Positions 1 to 10,700 of a DNA stretch of 15,279 nt are shown piece by piece. Within the stretch, counting starts at the first letter, position 1, and each line of letters begins with the position of its first letter. The DNA is from Nitrospinota bacterium. GTDB lineage: Bacteria; UBA8248. Under the pieces are notes generated by a model that saw only the letters and a program-made list of their open reading frames with translations, did no database searches and was not told the DNA's origin. A program made the translations under genes and the position numbers. The stretch spans positions 1-15,279 of the forward strand of contig JAYGFR010000133.1 of the NCBI GenBank assembly GCA_046581755.1, written 5' to 3'.

Positions 1-139
1 AGGCGATCTCCTCGGCAAACCCCGACTCCGCCAGCCGCTTCGTGATCGCCGCCGTCAGCGTCGTCTTCCCATGGTCAACGTGTCCGATCGTCCCTACGTT
101 CACGTGCGGCTTTGTCCGCTCAAACTTCGCCTTCGCCAT
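1..139 (-). CDS. tuf: Elongation factor Tu, 5' end (partial; copy following fusA)
   Basis: Manual translation from ATG at 139: [46 protein letters not shown]..., with the EF-Tu P-loop [15 protein letters not shown] at 150-154. Runs off the window edge; not in ORF track. Confidence 0.98.
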   Translation of the reverse strand, partial: MAKAKFERTKPHVNVGTIGHVDHGKTTLTAAITKRLAESGFAEEIA

Positions 140-213
140 GGCGGGACTTCTCCTTTTTTCAGTTTCGTTTTAAAAAAACCGCACCCCTGCGTCTCGCCGA
201 AAAACAGCGTTCC

Positions 214-2325
214 TTACGAAGCAACCCCGACAGCCGCACCGGATACCCGGGCGATCAACTCTTCGGCCAAATGGGCAGGCAGCTCTTTATACCGGCCAAA
301 TTGCATCGTGTAGGTGGCCCGCCCCTGCGTCATCGAACGCAGGTCGGTGGCATATCCGAACATTTCCGATAGCGGCACCGTCGCCGTCACGACTTTGGCG
401 CCGGCCCGGTCGGTCATTTCCTTGATTCGCCCGCGCCGGGAGGTCAGGTCGCCCATCACTTCGCCCAAAAAGTCGGAGGGACAAATGGACTCCACGTCCA
501 TGATCGGCTCAAGGAGAACGGGCTTGGCCTTCTTCACGGCGGCCTTGAACGCCATGGAGCCGGCGATCTTGAACGCTATCTCCGAGCTGTCCACCGCATG
601 GAAGGAGCCATCGTAAACCGTCACCTCGACATCGACGACGGGATAGTCGGCCACTACTCCCGAGGCCAACGCCTCGCGAATGCCCTGCTCCACCGAGGAG
701 ATGAATTCCCGGGGAATGGCCCCCCCGACGATTTTATTCACGAACTTGAATCCAGAACTCGCCGGAAGCGGGGCGATCTTGAGTTCGACATCGCCGAACT
801 GGCCCCGGCCGCCCGTCTGGCGGACAAACCGGGCGCGCGCACTCGATTCGTTTCGAATCGTCTCGCGGTAAGCCACCTGAGGCTTGCCCACGTTCGCCGC
901 CACGCCGAATTCGCGCGTGAGACGATCGACCAGAATTTCCAGATGAAGCTCGCCCATTCCCGAGAGGATCGTCTGATTGGTTTCCTCGTCCGTGTGCACA
1001 ATGAACGTGGGGTCCTCTCTGGACAAGCGGCCTAGCGAGGTACTGAGCTTGTCATGGTCCGCTTTGGTGACGGGCTCGATGGCAATGGAAATGACGGGTT
1101 CGGGAAATTCGATGGATTCGAGAAGGATGGGTGCGGAGGGATCGCAAATGGTGTCGCCGGTTTTCGTCCGGCGCATTCCCAGAGCCGCCACGATTTCGCC
1201 GGCGTGGGCCTCTTTAATTTCCTCGCGTTTATTGGCGTGCATTCGAAGGAGGCGTCCGACGCGCTCCTCTTTTCCGGTGACCATGTTCAAGACCGATGAG
1301 CCGGTCTCGAATATGCCCGAGTATATCCGGAGGAACACCAATTGTCCTACATAGGAATCGGTCATTACCTTGAAAGCGATCGCCGAGAAGGGCTCATCGT
1401 CCGAAGCCTTCCGGACCGGAGGCTTTTCGCCAGCCTCCTTTTCGTCCTCGCTGAGCTGGCCTTCCACCGGGGGAAGATCCAGCGGGTTGGGCATGTAGTC
1501 CACGACGCCGTCGAGGAGGAGTTGCACGCCTTTGTTCCGGAAGGCGGCGCCGCAAAAGACCGGAACCCCTTCGCCCGAAAGCGTGACCTTCCGGAGGATG
1601 GCTTTCAGCTCTTCCGGCTTGATTTCCTCTTCGCTTAAATAGCGCTTCATCAAGGCCTCGTCGAACATCGAGAGCCCATCGAGGAGCTTTTCGCGCCACT
1701 CGGCCACTTCCTCGGCCATATCTTCCGGAACATCCACGGTCTCGTAGGAGGAGCCCATGGGATCGTCGAACACCCTGGCCGACTCCGTGATCAGATCCAC
1801 CATCCCGATAAAATTATCTTCGGAGCCGATGGGAAGCTGCACCACGATGGGATTGGAGGCGAGCCGCTCTTCGATCTGCTTCACCACTTTATGAAAATCC
1901 GCACCCACCCGGTCCATCTTGTTGATGAAAACAAGACGCGGGACGCCGTATTTCTCGGCTTGCCGCCATACCGTTTCGCTCTGGGGCTCGACGCCTCCCA
2001 CCGCGCAAAACACCGCGACCGCGCCGTCCAGGACGCGCAGACTGCGCTCGACCTCGGCCGTGAAGTCAACATGGCCCGGCGTGTCGATGATGTTGATCGA
2101 GTGGCCGTCCCACTGGCAGGTGGTCGCGGCGGAGGTGATCGTGATTCCCCGCTCTTGCTCCTGTTCCATCCAGTCCATGGTGGCGTTGCCGTCATGGACT
2201 TCGCCCAGCTTGTGGGTGCGGCCCGTGTAGAACAGGATTCGTTCGGTTGTGGTGGTTTTGCCCGCATCAATGTGGGCCATGATGCCGATATTGCGGATTT
2301 TTTTGAGGTCGAACATCTTACTCAC
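214..2325 (-). CDS. fusA: Elongation factor G
   Basis: 703 aa; [45 protein letters not shown]; lies between rpsG and tuf. GTG start with AAGGGA at 2335-2340; alternative ATG at 2316. Confidence 0.99.
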   Translation of the reverse strand: MSKMFDLKKIRNIGIMAHIDAGKTTTTERILFYTGRTHKLGEVHDGNATMDWMEQEQERGITITSAATTCQWDGHSINIIDTPGHVDFTAEVERSLRVLDGAVAVFCAVGGVEPQSETVWRQAEKYGVPRLVFINKMDRVGADFHKVVKQIEERLASNPIVVQLPIGSEDNFIGMVDLITESARVFDDPMGSSYETVDVPEDMAEEVAEWREKLLDGLSMFDEALMKRYLSEEEIKPEELKAILRKVTLSGEGVPVFCGAAFRNKGVQLLLDGVVDYMPNPLDLPPVEGQLSEDEKEAGEKPPVRKASDDEPFSAIAFKVMTDSYVGQLVFLRIYSGIFETGSSVLNMVTGKEERVGRLLRMHANKREEIKEAHAGEIVAALGMRRTKTGDTICDPSAPILLESIEFPEPVISIAIEPVTKADHDKLSTSLGRLSREDPTFIVHTDEETNQTILSGMGELHLEILVDRLTREFGVAANVGKPQVAYRETIRNESSARARFVRQTGGRGQFGDVELKIAPLPASSGFKFVNKIVGGAIPREFISSVEQGIREALASGVVADYPVVDVEVTVYDGSFHAVDSSEIAFKIAGSMAFKAAVKKAKPVLLEPIMDVESICPSDFLGEVMGDLTSRRGRIKEMTDRAGAKVVTATVPLSEMFGYATDLRSMTQGRATYTMQFGRYKELPAHLAEELIARVSGAAVGVAS

Positions 2326-2349
2326 TTGGTGAATTCCCTTTATGCCTCT

Positions 2350-2817
2350 CTACCAGCGGTAGTGGGCAAAAGCCTTATTGGCATCGGCCATGCGGTGAGT
2401 GTTTTCCCTCAATCGGACCGAACCACCCGTATTGTTCGAGGCATCCATAAATTCGGCGGAAAGACCGCTTTCGATTCTCTTGTCCCGGCTCCTGGCGTTC
2501 TGAATAATCCACCGGATGCTCAACGCGGTCCGCCGATCCGGCCTGACTTCGACCGGAATCTGGTAGGTGGCGCCGCCGACTCGCCTCGGGCGGACCTCCA
2601 GTGCGGGCTTGACGTTCTCGATCGCCCGCCTGAATACTTTGAGAGGGTCTTCCTTCATCTTCTCTTCGATGATGTCCATCGCGCCGTAAAATATTCGCTC
2701 AGCCAGCGATTTCTTACCTTGCACCATGAGCGAGTTGATGAACCTCGTCACCAGCCGATCCTTGAATTTCGGATCGGGCAAGACCACTCGTTTTGTCGCT
2801 CTCTTCCGCCTTGCCAT
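2350..2817 (-). CDS. rpsG: 30S ribosomal protein S7
   Basis: 155 aa; [11 protein letters not shown] and C-terminal [23 protein letters not shown] upstream. Confidence 0.99.
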   Translation of the reverse strand: MARRKRATKRVVLPDPKFKDRLVTRFINSLMVQGKKSLAERIFYGAMDIIEEKMKEDPLKVFRRAIENVKPALEVRPRRVGGATYQIPVEVRPDRRTALSIRWIIQNARSRDKRIESGLSAEFMDASNNTGGSVRLRENTHRMADANKAFAHYRW

Positions 2818-2862
2818 CAGGCGAATTCCTCCCTTATTTACCAGCTTCGTCTATCGTGGGGT

Positions 2863-3234
2863 CTACTTCGGCTTTTTCGCTCCGTATTTGGACCGTCCGT
2901 TTCGGCGAGCCTCTACGCCGGCACTGTCGAGGGTCCCCCGAATCACATGGTAGCGAACACCGGGAAGGTCTTTTACGCTCCCGCCACGGATGAGCACAAT
3001 GGAGTGCTCCTGTAGGTTGTGGCCCTCGCCTGGAATATACGTCGTCACTTCCATCCCGTTCGTCAGACGAACACGAGCCACCTTGCGGAGAGCTGAGTTG
3101 GGTTTTTTCGGCGTCGTCGTATAGACGCGCACGCAAACACCTCTTCTCTGAGGACAGGAGCGGAGGGCGGGGCTGTCCGTCTTAGCCCGAATTCGCTTGC
3201 GTCCCTTGCGAATCAGCTGATTTATCGTCGGCAC
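2863..3234 (-). CDS. rpsL: 30S ribosomal protein S12
   Basis: 123 aa; [39 protein letters not shown] start, SD AGGAG at 3241-3245. Confidence 0.99.
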   Translation of the reverse strand: MPTINQLIRKGRKRIRAKTDSPALRSCPQRRGVCVRVYTTTPKKPNSALRKVARVRLTNGMEVTTYIPGEGHNLQEHSIVLIRGGSVKDLPGVRYHVIRGTLDSAGVEARRNGRSKYGAKKPK

Positions 3235-3379
3235 AGCACACTCCTACAACAAGGGTCAAATCCAAAAAAAACCGCCCGCATTACAGTCCCCGCCCAAGTG
3301 CCAAATAAGACAACAAATCGGCAATTGGCCGAAAAGACTCAACGAGGCGATCTTCTTCTATTTGACGGCTAATTCCGCC

Positions 3380-3419
3380 AAAAAAGAACCTAGCCAGACC
3401 CGGTGCATTTCACTAGGTT
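3380..3419 (-). terminator. Terminator/attenuator-like hairpin in the rpsL leader
   Basis: Minus strand AACCTAGT (3419-3412) pairs with GCTAGGTT (3394-3387), 17-nt loop, followed by CTTTTTT. The stem is AU-rich and the loop large, so function is uncertain. Confidence 0.35.
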
Positions 3420-3438
3420 TCTGCCCAAGAGGTTGGCG

Positions 3439-3466
3439 ATTATAAAGAAACTTTGGCTCCTGTCAA
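3439..3466 (-). promoter_or_regulatory. Housekeeping sigma (sigma70-type) promoter of the str operon
   Basis: Perfect TTGACA (3466-3461) - 16 nt - TATAAT (3444-3439), followed by CGCCAACC; correctly oriented ~200 nt upstream of rpsL. Confidence 0.88.
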
Positions 3467-3521
3467 GCCCCACATTTCATTGGCGATTCCGCCATCTCAG
3501 GAAGCTGGACTTTCGCTTTTC

Positions 3522-6500
3522 TTACCCTGCAGATGCGTCCGCCTTGGCCGCATTCGGCGAGGAAACTTCGAGGGCCTCTCCTCCGATTTCCTCGGCTTCT
3601 TCCGAAGTGACGATAATTTCTTCATGCGCCGGTGCCAATTCCACCTCCGGAGACAACAATTCAACCTGCTGATAGCGCGGATTTCCTGTTCCGGCGGGAA
3701 TTAGACGGCCCATGATGACGTTTTCCTTGAGCCCACGCAGATGATCGATCTTTCCGGAAACGGCCGCCTGGGTCAGGACCCGGGTGGTCTCCTGGAACGA
3801 GGCCGCCGAGATGAAGCTATCCGTCGAGAGGGAGGCCCGGGTGATCCCCAGCAATATGGGCCGCGCCGTCGCGGGCACCTTGCCATCGGTCTCTGCTTCT
3901 TGGTTGCGAACCCGGAACGACTCTCGGGTTACCTGTTCGCCTACAACGAATTCCGTCTCGCCCGGATCCGTTATCTCGAGGCGGCGCAGCATCTGGCGCA
4001 CGATGACCTCGATATGCTTGTCATTAATCTGAACGCCCTGGAGCCGGTATACCTCCTGGACCTCGTTGACCAGGTAGTTTTGAAGCTCCTTCTCGCCCAG
4101 GACGGCCAGGATATCGTGCGGATTCGCGGCCCCGTCCATCAACGGCTCGCCGGCTTTGACGTAATCGCCTTCCTGGACGCTCACGTGCTTGCCGCGCGGG
4201 ATCAGGTACTCGCGCTCATCTCCCGTATCCGAGACCACAAGCACACGCCGCATGCCTCTCAGCGTACCGGCGAATTTCACGTATCCGTTGATTTCCGATA
4301 TGATCGCATTTTCCTTGGGCTGACGCGCTTCGAACAACTCGGCCACCCGCGGCAAACCGCCAGTGATATCCTTCGTTTTGGATGTATCCCGCGTAATCTT
4401 AAAAATAATGGTTCCGGGGGCGATTATTTCGCCTTCAGCGACGGAAATATTGGCTCCGGCCGGAAGCGGGTAGGCCGCCAGCTGCTCCCCGCCCTCGTCG
4501 ATGAGAACTGCCCTTGGCTGGCGCTTCTCGTCCACGTGGTCGAGGATGACCCGCCGGGAAAGACCGGTGATTTCATCGATTTCCTCCTGCATGGTGAGGC
4601 CTTCGATCACGTCCACCAGGCTGATTTTTCCTTCCTTGTCCGCCATGACCGATGTCGTGTAGGGGTCCCATTCGAGAATTTTCTCACCCTCGCTGACCCG
4701 GGCGCCTTCTTTGGGCTTAACCGATGCGCCGTACACGACGGAGTAGCGTTCCCTTTCGCGGCCGGCCTCATCGCAAATCGAGATCAGGCCATTCCGGTTC
4801 ATGGCGATTTGCTCGCCCCGGCCGGTGGTAATGAGCCGGAGGTTTTCGAATTTGATGAATCCGGGGCGCTTGGCTTCGACCGTGCTCTGCTCGCCGGCGC
4901 GGGTGGCCGTTCCGCCGATATGGAAGGTCCGCATCGTGAGTTGGGTCCCCGGCTCTCCGATGGATTGCGCCGCGATGACGCCTACCGCTTCGCCGACCTC
5001 GATCATCTGCCCGGTCGCCAGGCTTCGGCCATAGCACTTCGAGCATACGCCGTTGCGCGAATCGCAAGTCAGCACCGATCGAATGATGACCTTATCAACC
5101 CCGGCATTTTCGATCAGGCGAACCTTCTCCGAATTGATCTCCTCGCCCGTACTGCATAAAACATCTCCGGTGAACGGGTCCTTGATATCTTGAAGAGCGA
5201 TCCTGCCGAGAATCCGGTCTCCGAGGGTTTGGATGATTTTGCCGCCCTCAACGAGAGGCACCATTTCGATTCCGTTCATCGTCCCGCAATCTTCCTGGGT
5301 GATGATGACATCCTGCGCGACATCGACCAGCCGGCGGGTCAGGTATCCGCTGTTGGCCGTCTTGAGGGCGGTGTCCGCAAGCCCTTTCCGGGCGCCGTGC
5401 GTAGAAATGAAGTACTGGAGCACCGAAAGGCCCTCGCGGAAATTGGCCGTGATGGGCGTTTCGATAATCTCGCCGGAAGGCTTCGCCATCAGGCCGCGCA
5501 TTCCGCCGAGCTGGCGAAGCTGCGCCGTGCTTCCCCGGGCGCCCGAATCGGCCATGATATAGATGGGGTTGAAATCCTCATCATTCGCGGATTTGCCGTT
5601 GGACCCGTTGGCGGATCGTGTGCCGTTCATCACCCTTTCGTCATCGCGCTCAAGAGATTTGAACATCTCGCTCGCGACCTCTTCGGTCACATGCGACCAG
5701 ATGTCGATGATTTTGTTGTAGCGCTCCCCGTCGGTGATTAGGCCGTCCCGGTATTCCTTTTCAACGTCAAGAACCTGGTTCCGGGCTCCTTCGGCCAAAT
5801 CTTCTTTGGCGTCGGGAATTTTCATGTCGTCGATGGAAATCGAAATACCCGCCCGGGTGGCGTGCTCGAACCCGATGTTTTTCAGATCGTCGAGGAATTT
5901 CACGGTGGCCGCGCGGCCGGCCAAGTCAAAGCAGGTGGCTACGAGGGTGGTCAGGCGTTTTTTATCGAGAACATCGTTGACCGTGGAGAACGGAACGCCC
6001 TCGGGAAGAATTTCATACATGAGTACGCGGCCAACCGTGGTTTCCACAAGATCGCCATCGATCCGGACGCGAATCCGCGCCTGGAGGCTGACCTCGTCCT
6101 GATCGAAAGCGATCCGGATTTCGGTGGGGTTGCTGAATACCCGCCCTTCGCCGGAAGAACCCGCGCGGGGCTTTGTCAGGTAGTAGCAGCCCAGGATGAT
6201 GTCCTGACTCGGAACGGCCACGGGCATCCCGTTCGCGGGCGATAGAATATTGTTGGCCGAGAGCATGAGCACCCTCGTCTCCTCGACCGCATCGACCGAA
6301 AGCGGAACGTGCACCGCCATTTGATCTCCGTCGAAGTCGGCGTTGAACGCGGCGCAGACCAGCGGATGGACCCGGATGGCTTTTCCTTCCACCAGCTGGG
6401 GCATGAATGCCTGCATGCCCAAGCGGTGAAGCGTCGGCGCGCGGTTGAGAATCACCGGGTGGTTTTTCACCACCTCCTCGAGAACGTCCCAGACCTCGGG

Positions 6501-7718
6501 ACGCTCCTCATCGACCAGTTTCTTTGCGGCCTTTACGGTGGAAACCAGCCCCTTCTCTTCAAGCTTGTTGTAGATGAAGGGCTTGAAAAGCTCGAGCGCC
6601 ATTTTTTTGGGCAAGCCGCACTGGTTGAACTGAAGTTCGGGGCCGACCACGATGACCGAGCGCCCCGAATAATCGACGCGCTTGCCGAGGAGATTCTGGC
6701 GGAACCGGCCCTGCTTGCCCTTGAGCATGTCCGAGAGACTCTTCAGGGGCCTCCGGTTCGCGCCCCGGAGCAGACGGCCCCGGCGTCCGTTGTCGAAAAG
6801 GGCATCGACGGCTTCCTGAAGCATCCTTTTTTCGTTTCGAGTGATGATCTCGGGCGCCTTGAGCTCCATCAGCCGCATCAGGCGGTTGTTTCGGTTGATG
6901 ACGCGCCGGTAGAGATCGTTCAGGTCGCTTGTGGCGAACCGCCCGCCATCGAGGGGCACCAAAGGGCGCAACTCGGGCGGAAGAACCGGGATGACCTCGA
7001 GAATCATCCATTCGGGCCGGTTGCCCGAATTCCGGAAGGCATCGACCACCTTCAAGCGCTTAATGTACTTTTTTTTCTTCTGGACGTTCTTGGTTTCCTT
7101 TATGTCTACTTTGAGCTGGGCCCCCAAGGTATCGAGGTCGATCTCGGCCAACAACTCCCGAATGGCCTCGGCTCCGATTCCGATCTTGTATTCTTCCTCG
7201 TCGAATTCTTCGTATATTTTACGGTGCTGCTCTTCGTTGATCAGCTCGCATTTCTTGAGTTCCGTCTCGCCCGGATCGATGACTACATAATTTTCAAAAT
7301 ACAGCACCCGCTCCAGTTCCCGAAGGGTCATATCGAGAAGATTGCCGATCCGGCTGGGCAACCCCTTGAAGAACCAAACGTGGGACACCGGGCTGACGAC
7401 CTCGATGTGCCCGAGACGCTCGCGCCTCACCTTCGAGGAAATGACCTCTACGCCGCATTTTTCGCACACCACGCCCCGGTACTTCATGCGCTTGTACTTG
7501 CCGCACAGGCACTCGTAATCCTTGATGGGCCCGAATATCACCGCGCAAAAAAGACCGTCTCGCTCGGGCCTGAAAGTCCGGTAGTTGATGGTTTCGGGCT
7601 TTTTGACTTCGCCCGATGACCACGCACGAATGGTATGAGGAGATGCAATTCGAATTCGGATAGCGTCAAATGAGACGGGATCCTTCGGCTTTTCGAATAA
7701 ATTGAGGATGCTGTCCAA
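3522..7718 (-). CDS. rpoC: DNA-directed RNA polymerase beta' subunit
   Basis: 1398 aa; N-terminal Zn site (CLCG...CEKC), catalytic NADFDGD, second Zn site (DCGT...[11 protein letters not shown]), trigger-loop insertion between TFHIGG and [12 protein letters not shown] start with AGGAGG at 7726-7731 (7-nt spacer). Confidence 0.99.
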   Translation of the reverse strand: MDSILNLFEKPKDPVSFDAIRIRIASPHTIRAWSSGEVKKPETINYRTFRPERDGLFCAVIFGPIKDYECLCGKYKRMKYRGVVCEKCGVEVISSKVRRERLGHIEVVSPVSHVWFFKGLPSRIGNLLDMTLRELERVLYFENYVVIDPGETELKKCELINEEQHRKIYEEFDEEEYKIGIGAEAIRELLAEIDLDTLGAQLKVDIKETKNVQKKKKYIKRLKVVDAFRNSGNRPEWMILEVIPVLPPELRPLVPLDGGRFATSDLNDLYRRVINRNNRLMRLMELKAPEIITRNEKRMLQEAVDALFDNGRRGRLLRGANRRPLKSLSDMLKGKQGRFRQNLLGKRVDYSGRSVIVVGPELQFNQCGLPKKMALELFKPFIYNKLEEKGLVSTVKAAKKLVDEERPEVWDVLEEVVKNHPVILNRAPTLHRLGMQAFMPQLVEGKAIRVHPLVCAAFNADFDGDQMAVHVPLSVDAVEETRVLMLSANNILSPANGMPVAVPSQDIILGCYYLTKPRAGSSGEGRVFSNPTEIRIAFDQDEVSLQARIRVRIDGDLVETTVGRVLMYEILPEGVPFSTVNDVLDKKRLTTLVATCFDLAGRAATVKFLDDLKNIGFEHATRAGISISIDDMKIPDAKEDLAEGARNQVLDVEKEYRDGLITDGERYNKIIDIWSHVTEEVASEMFKSLERDDERVMNGTRSANGSNGKSANDEDFNPIYIMADSGARGSTAQLRQLGGMRGLMAKPSGEIIETPITANFREGLSVLQYFISTHGARKGLADTALKTANSGYLTRRLVDVAQDVIITQEDCGTMNGIEMVPLVEGGKIIQTLGDRILGRIALQDIKDPFTGDVLCSTGEEINSEKVRLIENAGVDKVIIRSVLTCDSRNGVCSKCYGRSLATGQMIEVGEAVGVIAAQSIGEPGTQLTMRTFHIGGTATRAGEQSTVEAKRPGFIKFENLRLITTGRGEQIAMNRNGLISICDEAGRERERYSVVYGASVKPKEGARVSEGEKILEWDPYTTSVMADKEGKISLVDVIEGLTMQEEIDEITGLSRRVILDHVDEKRQPRAVLIDEGGEQLAAYPLPAGANISVAEGEIIAPGTIIFKITRDTSKTKDITGGLPRVAELFEARQPKENAIISEINGYVKFAGTLRGMRRVLVVSDTGDEREYLIPRGKHVSVQEGDYVKAGEPLMDGAANPHDILAVLGEKELQNYLVNEVQEVYRLQGVQINDKHIEVIVRQMLRRLEITDPGETEFVVGEQVTRESFRVRNQEAETDGKVPATARPILLGITRASLSTDSFISAASFQETTRVLTQAAVSGKIDHLRGLKENVIMGRLIPAGTGNPRYQQVELLSPEVELAPAHEEIIVTSEEAEEIGGEALEVSSPNAAKADASAG

Positions 7719-7764
7719 TGCAATTCCTCCTGGGGTTCCGTGCGGGCTAACCCGCGGGCGAAAG

Positions 7765-10700
7765 TTACCGCGGCGCCTCGCCGGTCTCGATCAACTCGAC
7801 ATCGAGGGCCAGGCTCTGCAATTCTTTCAACAAAACGTTAAACGACTCGGGCAGGTTCGCCTCCAGGAGGTTTTCTCCCTTGACGATGGACTCGTACATC
7901 CGCGTACGGCCCGCTACGTCGTCGCTCTTTACCGTAAGAATTTCCTGTAAGGTTTTGGCCGCACCGTAGGCCTCCAAAGCCCAGACCTCCATCTCGCCGA
8001 GGCGCTGGCCTCCGAACTGTGCCTTGCCGCCGAGCGGCTGCTGGGTCACGAGCGAATAGGGCCCGGTCGAGCGGGCGTGGATTTTGTCGTCCACCAGGTG
8101 GTGAAGCTTGAGCATGTAAATGATGCCCACCGTTACGCTCTGATCGAAGGGGCGGCCGCTCCGGCCGTCGTAGAGCTTCGTTTTCCCGTACTGGGGCAAC
8201 TTGGCCTCTTCGGTGAGGCGGACGATATCCTTCTCGTCCGCACCGTCGAACACTGGCGTGGCGAAATGCATGCCCAGCTTCTCGCCGGCCCATCCCAGGT
8301 TCGTCTCGAGTATCTGGCCCACGTTCATGCGCGAGGGCACGCCCAGCGGGTTCAAAACGATGTCGATGGGCGTTCCATCGTCGAGGTAAGGCATATCCTC
8401 TTCGGGTACGATGATCGATACGACGCCCTTGTTTCCGTGGCGTCCAGCCATCTTGTCTCCGACCTGAAGCTTTCGCATCATCGCAACATAAATCTTGACC
8501 ATCTTGAGCACTCCCGGGGGATGCTCGTCGCCTCGCTGGAGCTTGCTAATCTTCTCCTCGAGAATGCTCTCCAAGAGCTTGATTTGATCCTCGGTCCGCA
8601 GGGCGACCTCTTTCATCTGTTCGGCCACCTGTTTGGCCACCGGAGCTTTCAGGAGATGATTTCCGCTCAACACCGCGACCGCAGGGGCCTCGAAATGGGT
8701 GCCCCGGCTGGTGAGCGTTTCGCCCGTTTCGGGGTGAGCGAGTTTCCCCGTGGCGGACTTGCCCACCAGCATCGACCGAAGCCGCTGGTCGCCTTCCTCT
8801 CGGATAATCCGAATCTCGTCGCCGTAGTCCTTCTCGAGCCGGGCGATTTCTTCTTCCTCGATGGAAATGGTCCGCGCATCCTTGGGAACCCCGCGGCGCG
8901 AGAAGACGCGCACCTCGACGATCGTTCCTTCGATGCCGGGCGGCACCCGGAGCGAGGAATCCCGGACATCTCCGGCCTTTTCGCCAAATATCGCCCGAAG
9001 GAGCTTTTCCTCGGGGCTGAGCTGGGTTTCACCCTTGGGCGTGATGCGGCCCACGAGAATGTCGCCCGGCAACACCCGGGCGCCCACGCGGATGATGCCG
9101 CTCTCGTCCAAATTCGAAAGCGTCCCTTCGCTCTGGTTCGGAATGTCCCGGGTAATTTCCTCGGGACCCTGCTTCGTGTCGCGCGCCTGGATTTCGAACT
9201 CTTCGATGTGGATCGAGGTGTAAATGTCTTCCTTGACCACCCGCTCGGAAATGACGATGGCATCCTCGAAGTTGAATCCGTTCCAGGGCATGAAAGCGAC
9301 GAGCAAGTTGCGGCCCAACGCCAACTCGCCCATGTCGGTCGAAAACCCATCGGCGATGACCTCGCCCTTGGAGACCTTCTGGCCCACGCTGACGATGGGT
9401 TTTTGGTTGATGCAAGTGTTCTGGTTCGAGCGCCTGTACTTCACCATGTTGTGGATGTAGACACCGGGATCGCGCAGATCGCGGCTCGGGTCCGTTGCGC
9501 GGATCACGACGCGGGAAGCATCCGCTTTGACCACCTCTCCATCGGCCTGGGCGAGAACCACCGCTCCCGAATCGCGGGCGGCGATGGCCTCCATACCGGT
9601 GCCAACGCGCGGGGCCTCGGTCCGCAAAAGAGGGACGGCCTGACGCTGCATGTTCGAACCCATCAGGGCGCGGTTGGCGTCATCGTTTTCGAGAAACGGA
9701 ATGAGCGATGTCGCAACACTCACCAGTTGCTTGGGCGAGACGTCCATGTAATCCACTTGATCGCGGGGGACGAGGACGAACTCTCCGCTCGTCCGGGCGG
9801 ACACCATCTCGTTGAGCAAGTTGCCTTTCTCGTCCACCGGGGCGTTCGCCTGGGCAATCTTGTATTTATCCTCGTCGATGGCCGAGAGCCATTCGACTTC
9901 ATCCGTGACGCGGCCGTTCACCAATTTTCGGCACGGCGTTTCGATAAAGCCAAACTCGTTCACGCGCGCATAGGTGGACAAACTCGCGATCAAACCGATG
10001 TTCGGCCCCTCCGGCGTTTCGATGGGGCATATTCGGCCGTAGTGGGTGGGGTGCACGTCACGCACCTCGAATCCGGCCCGGTCACGCGTCAATCCACCCG
10101 GACCCAGCGCCGAGAGCCGGCGCTTATGGGTGATCTCGGAAAGCGGATTCGTCTGATCCATGAACTGGCTGAGCTGGCTGGATCCGAAAAATTCCCTGAT
10201 CGCAGCGGTGATCATTTTCGAGTTAATCAGGTCGCGAATTGAAAGCGTTTCGCGGTCCTGGATACTCAGCCGCTCGCGAATGGCGCGCTCCATACGAACA
10301 AGCCCCACCCGAAACTGGCTCTCGAGCAGCTCGCCCACCGACCGGACGCGGCGGTTGCCCAGGTGGTCGATGTCATCCACCGAACCCTGGCCATGCCGGA
10401 GCTCGATGATGTAGCGCACCACGGCAATCACGTCGTCCAGGGTGAGAGTCTGCTGATCCAGGGGAAGGTTGAGGCCCAGCTTCGTGTTGAGCTTCAGGCG
10501 GCCGATTCGCGAAAGATCGTAGCGTTTGGGATTGAAGAAAAGGTTCTCAAACAAATTCCGCGCAGTATCCTTGGTGGGCGGATCGCCCGGCCGGAGGCGC
10601 TTGTAAATTTCCACCAGCGCATCCTCTGACGATTCGCATTTATCCGTCGTCAGCGTGTCGCGAATGGTCCGGTCGGTCCCTACGCCTGAAACATAAAGCA

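Noticed and set aside
3403..3704. Small plus-strand ORFs (89 and 83 aa) at the rpoC 3' end
   Set aside because: Overlap the str promoter and rpoC antisense; non-ATG starts and no recognisable domain. No L7Ae-like gene in this spacer either.
7620..7718. AT-richer codons and CGAATT-CGAATT repeat at the rpoC 5' end
   Set aside because: Consistent with ordinary low-structure 5' coding sequence; the repeat just encodes RIRI.
7538..7723. 61-aa alternative-frame ORF at the rpoC start
   Set aside because: Its TTG is only 2 nt from the SD, whereas the rpoC TTG is 7 nt away; no recognisable product.
10100..10195. Rifampicin-resistance substitutions in RpoB
   Set aside because: Equivalents of E. coli Q513, D516, H526 and S531 match the sensitive consensus.
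8077..10242. 721-aa plus-strand ORF, and similar ones at 1891-3015, 3741-5159, 6309-7619, 11726-12469, 12435-13235
   Set aside because: Antisense to conserved essential genes, no recognisable motifs; expected shadows of GC-rich codon usage.
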